Shown one piece after another: positions 1-11,667 of a stretch of 64,000 nt of DNA. This DNA is from an uncultured delta proteobacterium (lineage in GTDB: Bacteria > Desulfobacterota > Desulfobaccia > Desulfobaccales > 0-14-0-80-60-11), in contig CAVPVR010000010.1 in NCBI GenBank assembly GCA_963709285.1, positions 451,570-515,569 on the forward strand, in the 5' to 3' direction. Both the position numbers and the translations under genes were made by a program. The number at the start of each line of letters is the position of its first letter. Position 1 is the stretch's first letter. The notes under the pieces were generated by a model that was not told where the DNA came from, searched no databases, and was given only the letters and a program-made list of their open reading frames with translations.

Positions 1-292
1 TCGCCGCGCAGTTTTCTACCCCTTTATTGGTGAGACCGTAGGCGTTCAACATGCCAAGATTCGGCAACCGGTGGATGTATTTCCAGGTGAGGGGGTTAGC
101 GGGCACGAAGTGACCCCGGCGCGGGTAGCGGGTGGCGGATTTGGTGAACACCGTGGTAGGGGTTGTATTAACAGCTCGCAGCAGACGACGGTAACTCGGC
201 AACAGGGTGTAGGGAAAAATCCCTCGCCCGTCCGACCCCAGGGCGGTGGAGAGGACTATGGTGGAAATGAGCCGCTGACCGATGGTGATCAT
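1..292 (-). CDS. 5' part of a dihydroorotate-dehydrogenase-family flavoenzyme gene; runs off the window
   Basis: Hand translation of the minus strand from the ATG at 292 gives MITIGQRLISTIVLSTALG...TVFTKSATRYPRRGH...NLGMLNAYGLTNKGVE. This matches the TKS.T ... GMLNA.GL.N.G pattern of PyrD-like proteins. It lies next to pyrF. It is absent from the ORF track because it has no stop in the window. Confidence 0.4.
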   Translation of the reverse strand, partial: MITIGQRLISTIVLSTALGSDGRGIFPYTLLPSYRRLLRAVNTTPTTVFTKSATRYPRRGHFVPANPLTWKYIHRLPNLGMLNAYGLTNKGVENCAA

Positions 293-391
293 GTTTAAAA
301 TGACATTAGATGGGGGTCTTGGGGCGATGACCGGGGAAACAAGGTTCCCCCCTGCCCTCCAACTCCTCTCCCAGCGCTCTTTATTCAGTTT

Positions 392-489
392 CCAGTTGCC
401 AGTAACCAGTAATCGGCGCCTGGTTCCTTTTTCCTGACTACTGACTACTGGTCACTGGTCACTGGTCACTGATAACTGGCTACTGGCTC
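392..489. repeat. Inverted arrays of a 7-bp tandem repeat (CCAGTRR x3 at 392-414; its complement CTGRYHA x8 at 434-489)
   Basis: Read directly: ccagttg ccagtaa ccagtaa, then ctgacta ctgacta ctggtca ctggtca ctggtca ctgataa ctggcta ctggctc. The last units overlap the pyrF stop codon (480-482). Confidence 0.85.
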
Positions 490-1214
490 AAACGGTCCGT
501 CAGCCCTGCGGCCATCTCCGCCGCCACCCGCCGGGCGGCGGCCACCGGGTCGGCGGCGCTGAGGAGGGGCCGGCCCACCACGATGTAGTCGGCGCCGTTT
601 TTCATGGCCTCATAGGGCGTGACCACCCGCCGCTGGTCATCTTCCGGCACCACCGACCAGCCCGGTCGGATACCCGGACAGACCGCCAAGAATTCAGGGC
701 CGCAAGCCTCCTTCACCGCCTTGACCTCCCGTCCGGAGCAAATAACCCCGTGGCATCCAGCGGCCTGGGCCAACTTCGCCCGGAGCACCACCAACCGGGT
801 GGGGTCAGAGGCGTACTTGGAAGCGTAGCCTTGAGCGCGCACATCTTCCCCCGACTGGCTGGTGAGGAGAGTGACGGCCAGAACTTTAAAGTCGCTGTCG
901 AGGTCATTCAATATGGAGGTGAGCCCTCCGGAGCCCAAATTGCTACGAATAGTAACGAAGGCCACTCCGGGGGCAATTTGCCGGAGGGTTTCCCGGAGCG
1001 TGTTGAAAATATCATAAATTTTTAAATCTAAAAAAATACGGCTGGCCTTCAAGTTACGAGCCAAACTTAACAAAAATTTAGGCCCTTCTGCCATGAAGAG
1101 TTGCCAGCCTACCTTAAAAAGCCCCACTTCGTTGCGCAGGAGTTTTACCAGGGCGAGGGCTTCTTTCCGGTCCGGCACATCCAAAGCTAGTATGAGATGT
1201 TTTTTAGGTTCCAT
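480..1214 (-). CDS. pyrF: Orotidine 5'-phosphate decarboxylase
   Basis: 244-aa ORF. N-terminal LILALDV and KVGWQLF motifs and overall length are typical of PyrF. Confidence 0.9.
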   Translation of the reverse strand: MEPKKHLILALDVPDRKEALALVKLLRNEVGLFKVGWQLFMAEGPKFLLSLARNLKASRIFLDLKIYDIFNTLRETLRQIAPGVAFVTIRSNLGSGGLTSILNDLDSDFKVLAVTLLTSQSGEDVRAQGYASKYASDPTRLVVLRAKLAQAAGCHGVICSGREVKAVKEACGPEFLAVCPGIRPGWSVVPEDDQRRVVTPYEAMKNGADYIVVGRPLLSAADPVAAARRVAAEMAAGLTDRLSQ

Positions 1215-1277
1215 GGAAGCTAAGTCACCGTTGGTTTGTAATAAAGGTTCTGGTCTTAAAGTCTCTGAATTTCTTTA

Positions 1278-2015
1278 TCAGATTTTTTCCCGCAAGTACT
1301 CCTCCACCCGGGCCAGGTCTTCCGGGGTGTCCACCTCCAGGGTGTCCCCGTCTGTCTCCACCACGTGAATGGGATAACCGTATTCCAGGGCCCGCAGCTG
1401 CTCCAGCTTTTCCGCCTGCTCCCAGCGTCCGGGGGGCAAGGTGACAAAATCTTTCAGGAAGTCCACCCGGTAAGCGTAGATGCCGATGTGCTTGAAAAAA
1501 TAGGGGCGTTCTCCGTCCCGCCAGTAGGGGAGCGGGCTCCGGGAAAAGTACAGGGCGCGGCCCTGGTGATTGAAGACCACCTTCACCAGGTTGGAATTCT
1601 GGGCCAGTTCCATATCAGTGAGTCGCCGGGCCGGCGTGACCATGACCGCCGAGCAATCTCGGTCCACCAAGGCTGCCATGTGCCCGACCACCAGCGGGGG
1701 AAAAACCGGCTGGTCACCCTGGATGTTGATCACGAGGTCATGCCGATCTAACCTCAGAATTTCTGCGGCTTCCGCCAAGCGGTCACTCCCCGAGGGGTGG
1801 TCGCTGCGGGTCATGATGGCCTGACCCCCGAAATCCTCTACACACTTTTTAATGCGCTCGTCGTCAGTGGCCACGAAGATGTCGTGCAGGCCCTGAACCA
1901 GGCGGGTTTGCTCATACACCCACTGAATCAAGGGTTTTCCCAGGAGGTCGGCCAGGGCCTTCCCCGGGAAGCGGGTAGAGCCATAGCGGGCCGGGATGAG
2001 AGCAAAGTGGCGCAT
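1278..2015 (-). CDS. kdsB: 3-deoxy-manno-octulosonate cytidylyltransferase (CMP-KDO synthetase)
   Basis: 245 aa. IPARYGSTRFPGK, INIQGDQP, ALYFSRSPLP and EQLRALE motifs are colinear with E. coli KdsB. Confidence 0.9.
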   Translation of the reverse strand: MRHFALIPARYGSTRFPGKALADLLGKPLIQWVYEQTRLVQGLHDIFVATDDERIKKCVEDFGGQAIMTRSDHPSGSDRLAEAAEILRLDRHDLVINIQGDQPVFPPLVVGHMAALVDRDCSAVMVTPARRLTDMELAQNSNLVKVVFNHQGRALYFSRSPLPYWRDGERPYFFKHIGIYAYRVDFLKDFVTLPPGRWEQAEKLEQLRALEYGYPIHVVETDGDTLEVDTPEDLARVEEYLREKI

Positions 2016-2077
2016 AATCGGTTGCCTTTAGTAACGCCATTATAATCCGGCTTGAACATATTGCCAACTGAAGTTCC

Positions 2078-2105
2078 TTGACACGATTAAATCCGTGCTT
2101 ATCTT
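2078..2105 (+). promoter_or_regulatory. Candidate sigma-70 promoter for clpB (TTGACA-16 nt-TATCTT)
   Basis: TTGACA at 2078-2083 and TATCTT at 2100-2105, about 55 nt upstream of the clpB ATG. Motif match only. Confidence 0.3.
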
Positions 2106-2159
2106 TTTTGAAGTAATTTCTTTAAGTTATGTTACAAGAACCACGGAGGCAAGGAGAAA

Positions 2160-4742
<2,583 letters not shown>

Positions 4743-4749
4743 GATAATT

Positions 4750-4908
4750 ATGGGGTTCCTGGAAGTGTGTGTGGATGTGCTGCAATTGTCTGATAATTAC
4801 AACATCACTTCAGCTACAGGCCGCCTTTTCACTCTCCTCGTTCTGGTGGCCGCCATCTTCTTAGCGCGCATCCTCAAACCTCCTCGGAAGGATGACTGGC
4901 AGCAGTAA
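4750..4908 (+). CDS. Possible 52-aa single-pass membrane peptide
   Basis: ATG 8 nt after the clpB stop, with one hydrophobic helix (LFTLLVLVAAIFLARIL). There is no clear RBS and no recognisable family. Confidence 0.2.
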   Translation: MGFLEVCVDVLQLSDNYNITSATGRLFTLLVLVAAIFLARILKPPRKDDWQQ

Positions 4909-4998
4909 AGAGGAAGGGAGGGCCGGGAGACCTGAAGCCCCTACCCTCCCCTTGATGCCCTCCCAACCGCATATTTCTTCTAAAGCACCTTCCCCTCA

Positions 4999-5033
4999 GG
5001 ACCGTAGGGCGGGAAAGCGCAGCGCATCCCGCC
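4999..5033 (+). repeat. REP-type palindromic element (GGACCGTAGGGCGGGAAAGCG-N-GCGCATCCCGCC)
   Basis: The same approximately 35-nt palindromic unit recurs at 21800-21832 (inverted), 22120-22153 and 25946-25995, and in truncated form at 21224-21245. Confidence 0.75.
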
Positions 5034-5053
5034 TTTCACATATGTCAGACTCT

Positions 5054-5794
5054 TTATCGGGGCAACTCCTTCATCACCTCCGGCCACACCTCCCCCGCGG
5101 ACCCGGGCAAGAAATAATCGGTGAGATAGTGGGTCAGGTGGGTGTGCTCGAGGTTGCTCTCCACGATGACCGCACCGGTGTTTTTGGCCGCTTGGGGGAG
5201 GATGTTGGCCGGAGCCACTTCCATGGAGGTGCCGATGAGGAGCAGGAGGTCGCAGTTCAGAGCCAAGGCGGTGGCTTGGTACCTGGCCTCCTCGGGGATG
5301 GCTTCGCCGAAGAAAACCACGTCCGGCTTGATGAGGCCGCCGCAGTGGCAGTGCAGGGGGGTCTGGTCAAAATCCAGGGCCTCCCGGGGCCAGATGCCCT
5401 TGCACTGCAGGCAGGCGAAGCGGTGGGCGTTGCCGTGGTATTCAATAACGTTGAAGCTCCCGGCCTCCTGGTGCAGGTTGTCCACGTTCTGGGTGACAAT
5501 GCCTAAGAGATGGCCCCGTTTCTCCAGTTCCGCCAGGGCGTAGTGGGCCGGGTTGGGTCGGGCCCGGACCAGAATCTGATCCATCTCCTTAAGCATGACC
5601 CAGACCTTGGCCGGGTTTTTTTCAAAGGCCCTGATGGTGGCATATTCCCTGGGGTCGAAGCGCTCCCACAGGCCACCGGGGCTGCGAAAATCAGGAACAC
5701 CGGACTCCACCGAAATGCCGGCGCCGGTAATGGCGACCATCTTTCTTTGGGTGCGGATGAGCTCCGCCAGTTGAGCCGGGGTGATTTCCTTCAC
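5054..5794 (-). CDS. cobB: NAD-dependent protein deacylase (Sir2 family)
   Basis: 246 aa. GAGISVESGVPDFRS, QNVDNLH and the C..C...C.CGG zinc ribbon. Confidence 0.9.
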   Translation of the reverse strand: MKEITPAQLAELIRTQRKMVAITGAGISVESGVPDFRSPGGLWERFDPREYATIRAFEKNPAKVWVMLKEMDQILVRARPNPAHYALAELEKRGHLLGIVTQNVDNLHQEAGSFNVIEYHGNAHRFACLQCKGIWPREALDFDQTPLHCHCGGLIKPDVVFFGEAIPEEARYQATALALNCDLLLLIGTSMEVAPANILPQAAKNTGAVIVESNLEHTHLTHYLTDYFLPGSAGEVWPEVMKELPR

Positions 5795-5980
5795 GATGTC
5801 TCCGCGCCTTTTGCGGTTGATTCTTATCTGTTAACCTATTGTAAAAAGTATTTCTCCACCAAATGATAATTTTCAATCCGATTATAGCCTTAGCTCCGAA
5901 AAAGGGAATTAAGTATACGCTTCACCAAGCGGTAAACCTTTATTCGGGATGGTTTAGGGACATTGGAAATCTCGCTTTTA

Positions 5981-6090
5981 CTCCCTACCCCTGGATGGGG
6001 GAGGGCTGGGGAGGGGGTGAATTAATCTTTGAACCTGCCTCTCAGATGAACGCCACCCTCCCCCTGACCCCCTCCCATCAAGGGAGGGGG
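5981..6090. repeat. Inverted pair of G/C-tract repeats (GATGGGGGAGGG-N-GGGGAGGGGGTG and its complement)
   Basis: Arm 1 is 5981-6019 and arm 2 is 6054-6090, in inverted orientation. Related tracts occur at 22320-22360, 28060-28105 and 28143-28190. Confidence 0.7.
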
Positions 6091-6198
6091 AATCTTGCTG
6101 ACTACCCACTAGTGATTGCTTGGCTCGGAGCTAAGGACATCATCGGAATTTTCAAAATGCCGGCCCTGAGTGCCCGTATTCTTGGGGTCCTTAGGTCG

Positions 6199-7146
6199 TC
6201 ACAATGCCATGAGCACCCCCAGGACCGTAAAAGCGCTCAACACCACCGAAGAAAATATCAAAAGCGAGGCCAAGCCGGCGTCGCAGCCGTAACGCTGGGC
6301 GAAGACTGCGGACAGGGTGGCCGCCGGCATAGCCGCCTCCAACACCAGGACCTGGCGCCAGAGATCGGGAACATTCAGCCACCCCGTCGGCAGGAAAACC
6401 AAAACAGGCTGGACAATCAGCTTGATGGTCCCGGCCAACAGGACAAGCGGGACCGCCACCCCCAGGTTCCTGAAATTCAGCAGCAAACCGATGGTGATGA
6501 TCACCAACCAGGTATTGGCCTGGGCCAGGATGTGCAGGAACTTATTAAGCACCGCGAAGACCGGGTTGGCGGTTACTCCGGGGATTGAGGCCGCTGTCAC
6601 CCCTAAAACCAGGGAGAAAAAAATGGGCGAGTAAAAGAATCGTATGGTTTCAGCCCCGGCCCCGACCCGGGTGTCTCCGGCGGCGCCGTAGTAACGGGCT
6701 ATGAAGACGCCCAGGGTGAAAATGAGAAGACCCACGCCAATTTCGCTAATAATGACAGCATCGGTCAGGGCCTCAGGATGCAAGGGAAACACCTGCTGCA
6801 CGATGACGTATCCCAAAAGAGCGCTGGTCCCGAACCCGGAAGCCAGGATAAACGCGCCCTTCTGGGGACGGCTAAGTTGTAGGAGGCTCGCCACCACCCA
6901 GGCCAACGCCAGGCAAACGAGTTCGGCACCCATCATGAGGAAGGGCAGCAGGGCTTCCCGCCAGATGAGGTGGTGTTTGGCCAGGGAAACGAAGATCAGG
7001 GCGGGCAGGGTGACTTCGGTAACCAGGCGGGCGAAGAGACCGGCGTGCTCACGCAGAAGCAGACCCAAATGGCGCAAGTACTGCACCAGGCCAATGAGGC
7101 CGATGATGACGATGATGGCTTGCAGCAGGTTTTCTGCAAAGGGCAT
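6199..7146 (-). CDS. AEC (auxin efflux carrier) family transporter
   Basis: 315 aa, about 10 hydrophobic segments, two-repeat layout typical of the AEC family. Confidence 0.8.
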   Translation of the reverse strand: MPFAENLLQAIIVIIGLIGLVQYLRHLGLLLREHAGLFARLVTEVTLPALIFVSLAKHHLIWREALLPFLMMGAELVCLALAWVVASLLQLSRPQKGAFILASGFGTSALLGYVIVQQVFPLHPEALTDAVIISEIGVGLLIFTLGVFIARYYGAAGDTRVGAGAETIRFFYSPIFFSLVLGVTAASIPGVTANPVFAVLNKFLHILAQANTWLVIITIGLLLNFRNLGVAVPLVLLAGTIKLIVQPVLVFLPTGWLNVPDLWRQVLVLEAAMPAATLSAVFAQRYGCDAGLASLLIFSSVVLSAFTVLGVLMAL

Positions 7147-7207
7147 GTCCGCCCTCCCCCTTCCCGGGGTGTTTCTGGATGGAAAGAGAGGCGTTGTTAA
7201 GCGTTGG

Positions 7208-7567
7208 TTATTTCTTGAAAAACATGTAGATGGCCATGCCCAGAATAATTACGGCAAAGATTTTCTTGAAGACCTGGGTGGGCACGAATTGGACCAAGTA
7301 GGCCCCCACCTGGGCCCCAATAATGCCCCCCAGTCCCAGAAGGATGCCGGTCTTGTAATCCACGTGGGCCAGCCTGCCGTGCGCCAACAGGGCCGACACC
7401 GAAATAATGAAGATGCCCATGAAAGAGGTGCCCACTGCATACTGGGCCGAATATCCCAGGAAAATAAGGAGGGGCACCATGAGAAAGCCGCCGCCCAGAC
7501 CGCTAAAGGAAGCGGCCAAACCCGCCAGGATGCCGAAAACCGGCATGAGCCACAGTTGCCAGGTCAT
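7208..7567 (-). CDS. TauE/SafE (TSUP) family half-size membrane protein
   Basis: 119 aa. The GLGGGFLMVPLL motif marks one TSUP repeat only. Confidence 0.7.
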   Translation of the reverse strand: MTWQLWLMPVFGILAGLAASFSGLGGGFLMVPLLIFLGYSAQYAVGTSFMGIFIISVSALLAHGRLAHVDYKTGILLGLGGIIGAQVGAYLVQFVPTQVFKKIFAVIILGMAIYMFFKK

Positions 7568-7635
7568 TTTCTGTATCCTTATTATTGGTCAGTCCATGAC
7601 TGAAGTGATTTCATAGGTCAGGCCTCTCATTGCCC

Positions 7636-9720
7636 CTACCCTACCCGCACCCGGACATCCAAAGCCACCATACCCTCTTCCCCGGGAAAGACCCGCACCG
7701 GGTTCAAGTCCACTTCCTGTATCTGGGGGAAGCGCTCCATGAGATGGGACAGGGCCGACAGGGCCCGGCCGAGGGCCGCCAGGTCAGCGGCAGGCCTTCC
7801 CCGAGCGCCTTGCAGGATCAGGCCCATTTTCGTCTCCAGGATCTGGCGCTGGGCTTCCTGGGGGCTAATGGGGCCTACCCTGAGGGCCACGTCCTCCAAA
7901 ATCTCAGTCCACACCCCGCCGGCGCCAAAAGCAACCACTGCCCCAAAAGCCTGGTCCCGGCGAGCCCCCAGGAGCACCTCCTCGCCTGCGGCGGCCTGTT
8001 TCATAACCACCACCTGCCAGGGCTCCCCCGGCGGCACCTGCACCCGGGCGGTCTCGGCTAACGCGTGAAAAGCCTGGGCTGTGGCCTCTGCATCACCCAG
8101 ATTTAACACCACGCCCCCCACCTCGGTCTTGTGGACCAGGGAGGGGGCGGCAAGCTTCAGGACTACCGGATAGCCCAATTCAGAGGCGGCAGCCAGAACC
8201 TCCCCCTCATTGGCCGCCACCAGCCAGGCAGCCACAGGGATATCCACCGCCTCCAACAGGGTGAGGGCCTGGGGCATGGGTAAAAAGCCGTCCGCTGCCG
8301 CCGTAGTCAAGAGAGCGGCCAGGCGTTCTTCATCAAAACCAGGTTGATCAATCGACGGGTCATCCGCCGGGGGCCGCTGATAAAAGTCCCGGCTGTATGC
8401 CAGGCCACGCACCGCCTGGCCCGGAAAATGAAAAACCGGCACCCCCAGGTCTTCCCGGAAGTACTCTTCCTCCTCCAGGGTATAGCACACACTAATGGCC
8501 AAAGGCTTGCCTGCCGACCGGGAGGTGTTGACAAAGTGCTGGGCCATATCCCGGGCCTCGGCACGTTCCGGGTCATAGACCGGCCCATGGTTCAGGAGCA
8601 CAGCGTCCACCCCCGGGTCCTGGCAGAGATGGTCCATAACCCGGGAGTAGACCCCAAAGTCGAAAATATCCCCCAAATCAATGGGATTAGTGGGTTTGAT
8701 GATCTTGGAGCGGGAGCTTTTGTGGATGAAGTCGGTAATCTCCGGAGCCAGGGGAGGGAGCGTAAATCCCCAGCGTTTGCAGGCATAGGCCCCCACCACC
8801 GCCTCGCCGCCGCTGCGGGAGAGGATCACCAGGCGGTTCCCCTTGACCGGGGCTTGCCCCACCATCTTGGCGGCGATGAGGAAATCAGCCTGGCTCAGCA
8901 CCCGGGAGATGTTCCCCTGGCGACAGGCCGCCTCCACCACCTTTTCATCGGTGGCCAGAGAGGCCGTGTGCGACATGGCGATGCCGGAGGTCTCCGGTAC
9001 CACGTTGGCGATTTGTAAGAACATGGGCTTGCTGGCCCGCTTGGCCACCTCCAGGAGCCCCCGGCCATCTTCCAGGCCCTCGAGGTAGAGGTAGATCATC
9101 TCGGTGCCCGGGTCCTCCAGGAAATAGGCCAGGGCTTCGTTTTCTTGAACGTCCAGCTTGTTCCCCAGGCTCAGGAATTTATTCAGGCCCAGGCCCTCCT
9201 TGTGCATCCAGGCGACCACGTGCATGCCCACGCCGCCGCTTTGGGAAATAACCGAGATGCTGCCCCGCCGGGGCACGGGGGTGATCTGGGAAAACGGCAG
9301 AGACAGGCCGATCTCCATATTGATAACCCCCAGGCCGTTGGGTCCGATGAGCCTGAGGTTGTAGCGCTTAATGAGACCTTTGAGCTCTTCTTCCAGGGCC
9401 CTCCCCTGCTCCCCCAACTCCGAAAAGCCCCCTGACTCCACAACCACCCGGGTGATGCCTAACTCCCCGCAAGCCGCCACCACCTCGGGCACAAAGCGGG
9501 CCGGGGTGAGGATGGCGACCAGGTCCACGGGCTCAGGCAATTCCTGGAGGTGAGTATAAATGGGCTTGCCAAAGACCTCGCCGCCCCGCGGGCCCACCAG
9601 GAAAATTTTCCCCTGGTAGCCAGCCTCCATCATATTTAGGACAATGCCCCGGCCCAGGTTCAAAGGGTTTTCCGAGACACCTATCACTGCCACACTTTGA
9701 GGATAGTAGAATTTTTGCAT
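7636..9720 (-). CDS. ADP-forming acetyl-CoA synthetase / acetate--CoA ligase family (fused alpha and beta domains)
   Basis: CoA-binding N-terminus (VAVIGVSENP), a succinyl-CoA-synthetase-like flavodoxin domain and a C-terminal ATP-grasp domain. I chose the internal start MQKFYYP (ATG at 9720) over the ORF-track start at 9792. Confidence 0.85.
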   Translation of the reverse strand: MQKFYYPQSVAVIGVSENPLNLGRGIVLNMMEAGYQGKIFLVGPRGGEVFGKPIYTHLQELPEPVDLVAILTPARFVPEVVAACGELGITRVVVESGGFSELGEQGRALEEELKGLIKRYNLRLIGPNGLGVINMEIGLSLPFSQITPVPRRGSISVISQSGGVGMHVVAWMHKEGLGLNKFLSLGNKLDVQENEALAYFLEDPGTEMIYLYLEGLEDGRGLLEVAKRASKPMFLQIANVVPETSGIAMSHTASLATDEKVVEAACRQGNISRVLSQADFLIAAKMVGQAPVKGNRLVILSRSGGEAVVGAYACKRWGFTLPPLAPEITDFIHKSSRSKIIKPTNPIDLGDIFDFGVYSRVMDHLCQDPGVDAVLLNHGPVYDPERAEARDMAQHFVNTSRSAGKPLAISVCYTLEEEEYFREDLGVPVFHFPGQAVRGLAYSRDFYQRPPADDPSIDQPGFDEERLAALLTTAAADGFLPMPQALTLLEAVDIPVAAWLVAANEGEVLAAASELGYPVVLKLAAPSLVHKTEVGGVVLNLGDAEATAQAFHALAETARVQVPPGEPWQVVVMKQAAAGEEVLLGARRDQAFGAVVAFGAGGVWTEILEDVALRVGPISPQEAQRQILETKMGLILQGARGRPAADLAALGRALSALSHLMERFPQIQEVDLNPVRVFPGEEGMVALDVRVRVG

Positions 9721-10001
9721 CGTTTCTTCCTGTCTGATAAGAATTCTGAAAAAGCCAGGTAAAGGGAGGGAGTAAGGCCCGGGGACCTCCATCCCTCCCT
9801 CAATCTCTCAGGCCAAACCCTTGACGAAGTAATCCCGGGAACGTTTTCGACCCCGGGATTTTGACCAGGTTATGATATCACATTATTCCACTTCGGCAGG
9901 GAGAGAAAGGAAAAGAACCGGACCTCAAACCTTATTAACTTTTTCGCCGGGTAAGTAGTGCAGACCTGTAGTATAAAAACCTATCCCGAATACTGGCAGG
10001 C

Positions 10002-10646
10002 TTGGGACCCAAAAATCGCCCCGAAGAGGTGAACGTGCTCTACGAAAAGTGTGAGGAGGTAAATGAAGAATTCTGGCAGGAGCTCTCAGGGCTCCCCCCG
10101 GCGGAAGTGACCCGTCGCACCGGCGCTGCCTGGGTTGAAGGCTCCTACCGGCTCTCCTTTCTTGACCGCGTAGGCAAAATTGACCTGGCAAAACGCACTG
10201 TCCAGGTGGAGGGGTTCGAGTCCCGGGACCCTGGCTTCCGGCTCTGTCTCACCGCCCTCCTCTACCTTTCCCGGGTGGACCCCGCCTCGCTGGGGCCGCT
10301 GGTCAGTCCCCTGGAACTTACCGGTGGACCCACCTTTTTCATGGACCGGGGCCCCCACGCACTCCCCAATGCCCCTCTGGAGGAACGCTTTGGGCATGAC
10401 CTGACCGGATTCCTGAACGCGGGAGAGCTCCTGGGCGCGGAACGCCGGGCCGTCGGGGACGCCGCTCTGGCCTTTCAAGTTTTCCCGGGGCTGACGGTGG
10501 AAGTGATTCTCTGGCTGGCGGACGAGGAATTCCCCGCCCAGGTGTCCTTCCGGGTGCCCGGCTCCCTGGAGCGGGTCTGGCATTTGGACGCGGTCCTGGG
10601 ACTCCTGCAGCTCCTTGCCTGGGAAATCCTGGCCACCGCAGCTTAA
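10002..10646 (+). CDS. DUF3786-like protein
   Basis: 214-aa ORF. The pattern EE.W..L....P.EV..R.GA......Y.L.FL ... FF.G.H.LP recalls DUF3786 proteins from memory. The true start is probably the GTG at 10029 or 10035. Confidence 0.5.
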   Translation: MGPKNRPEEVNVLYEKCEEVNEEFWQELSGLPPAEVTRRTGAAWVEGSYRLSFLDRVGKIDLAKRTVQVEGFESRDPGFRLCLTALLYLSRVDPASLGPLVSPLELTGGPTFFMDRGPHALPNAPLEERFGHDLTGFLNAGELLGAERRAVGDAALAFQVFPGLTVEVILWLADEEFPAQVSFRVPGSLERVWHLDAVLGLLQLLAWEILATAA

Positions 10647-10790
10647 CGGATTGGTCTTTTTACCCCGCCAAGGTAACCGCCACCGCGCCAAAACCTGACC
10701 CCTTCAACCTGAAAAGAGCAGGCCTAGTAAGACCAGGAGAGTGCCGCTACCTTGCCAAACCAGGGTGAAGGGGCTACAATGAAAACCCGA

Positions 10791-10865
10791 GCCGGCATAG
10801 CTCAGTGGTAGAGCAGCTGATTCGTAATCAGCAGGTCTGGGGTTCAAATCCCCATGCCGGCTCCA
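10791..10865 (+). tRNA. tRNA-Thr (anticodon CGU), CCA encoded
   Basis: Folded by hand as a cloverleaf: acceptor GCCGGCA/TGCCGGC, D arm GCTC/GAGC, anticodon stem GCTGA/TCAGC with loop TTCGTAA, T arm TGGGG/CCCCA with TTCAAAT, discriminator T plus CCA. Confidence 0.92.
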
Positions 10866-11099
10866 GTTAATTCAATAAGCTAGTCTCATGCTTTTGACCC
10901 GGTGGACGTCTCCATGCCCCCAAAGCGGTAGTTGGAGAGCTTCAATCTACTCAAAGGATTGATACTGCAGGATTACCGCTTCAAAGACCAAGACGACATC
11001 CGGGAATTCTTCCCCCGCCTTACCAGTCTTTATAAGAATTACAACTACAGTGCGCCCGATACCCCTTTACCCTTTCATTGCTCCAGTCAACCCTGGACC

Positions 11100-11489
11100 C
11101 TACAGCATTCCTTCCTGGATGAGCTTGCGCTGGTGGGCCTGGCGCATCTTGTCGAAAAGTTCGTCCAAGGGCACCGGCTTCATGACATAGTCGAAGGCGC
11201 CGAGCTGCATGGCCTGGGCACTTGACTCCACCGAAGCCTCCCCGGTGAGTATGATGACCTCAGTCAAGGGCTTTTTCTTTTTCAACGCTTTCAGGATTTC
11301 GATGCCGTCCAGACCTGGGAGGTGCTCTTCCAGGATCACCACGTCAAAGTCCTGGCTGTCCAACAGTTGCAGGGCCGCCTCACCATGGTCCACCGTGCTG
11401 ACCTCCAGGTCATGGTTTTTGAGGTGCTTCACTATGGTCTCCAGGAAGTCTTGGTCAGCATCCGCTACCAGCACTTTGAATGTTTTCAT
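11100..11489 (-). CDS. Stand-alone CheY-like receiver protein with Glu at the phospho-acceptor position
   Basis: 129 aa. Receiver landmarks are present (ADAD acidic pocket, ILTG Thr, VMKP Lys), but DVVILEEHLPGLDG aligns E where CheY has D57. Confidence 0.85.
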   Translation of the reverse strand: MKTFKVLVADADQDFLETIVKHLKNHDLEVSTVDHGEAALQLLDSQDFDVVILEEHLPGLDGIEILKALKKKKPLTEVIILTGEASVESSAQAMQLGAFDYVMKPVPLDELFDKMRQAHQRKLIQEGML

Positions 11490-11667
11490 GGGAAGCCCTT
11501 TTCCTGCTGCAACGCCCTCCCTGGCATTTCCTTAGATTTGTGAAATCCATCCTAAATGAAGGGTCTCATCCCTGTCAAGAACATAGCTCATGCCGAACTA
11601 ATATCCTCTTGACATAAAGAGGTGTATACGTTTTATTGTAAGGGAATTTGAGAGGTGAACTAATAAT

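Noticed and set aside
71-298. 75-aa plus-strand ORF at the window start
   Set aside because: Gly/Arg-rich with no motif. The opposite strand encodes a DHOD-family N-terminus with a clean ATG at 292, which explains the open frame.
2050-2075. CTTGAA at about 2051 as a sigma-32 heat-shock promoter for clpB
   Set aside because: No CCCCAT-like -10 element lies at the right spacing. The TTGACA/TATCTT pair fits better, and even that is weak.
5863-7603. Plus-strand ORFs 5863..6588 (241 aa) and 6701..7603 (300 aa)
   Set aside because: They are antisense to the well-supported AEC and TauE membrane genes. Their Arg/Gly/Pro-rich composition is typical of antisense frames in GC-rich DNA.
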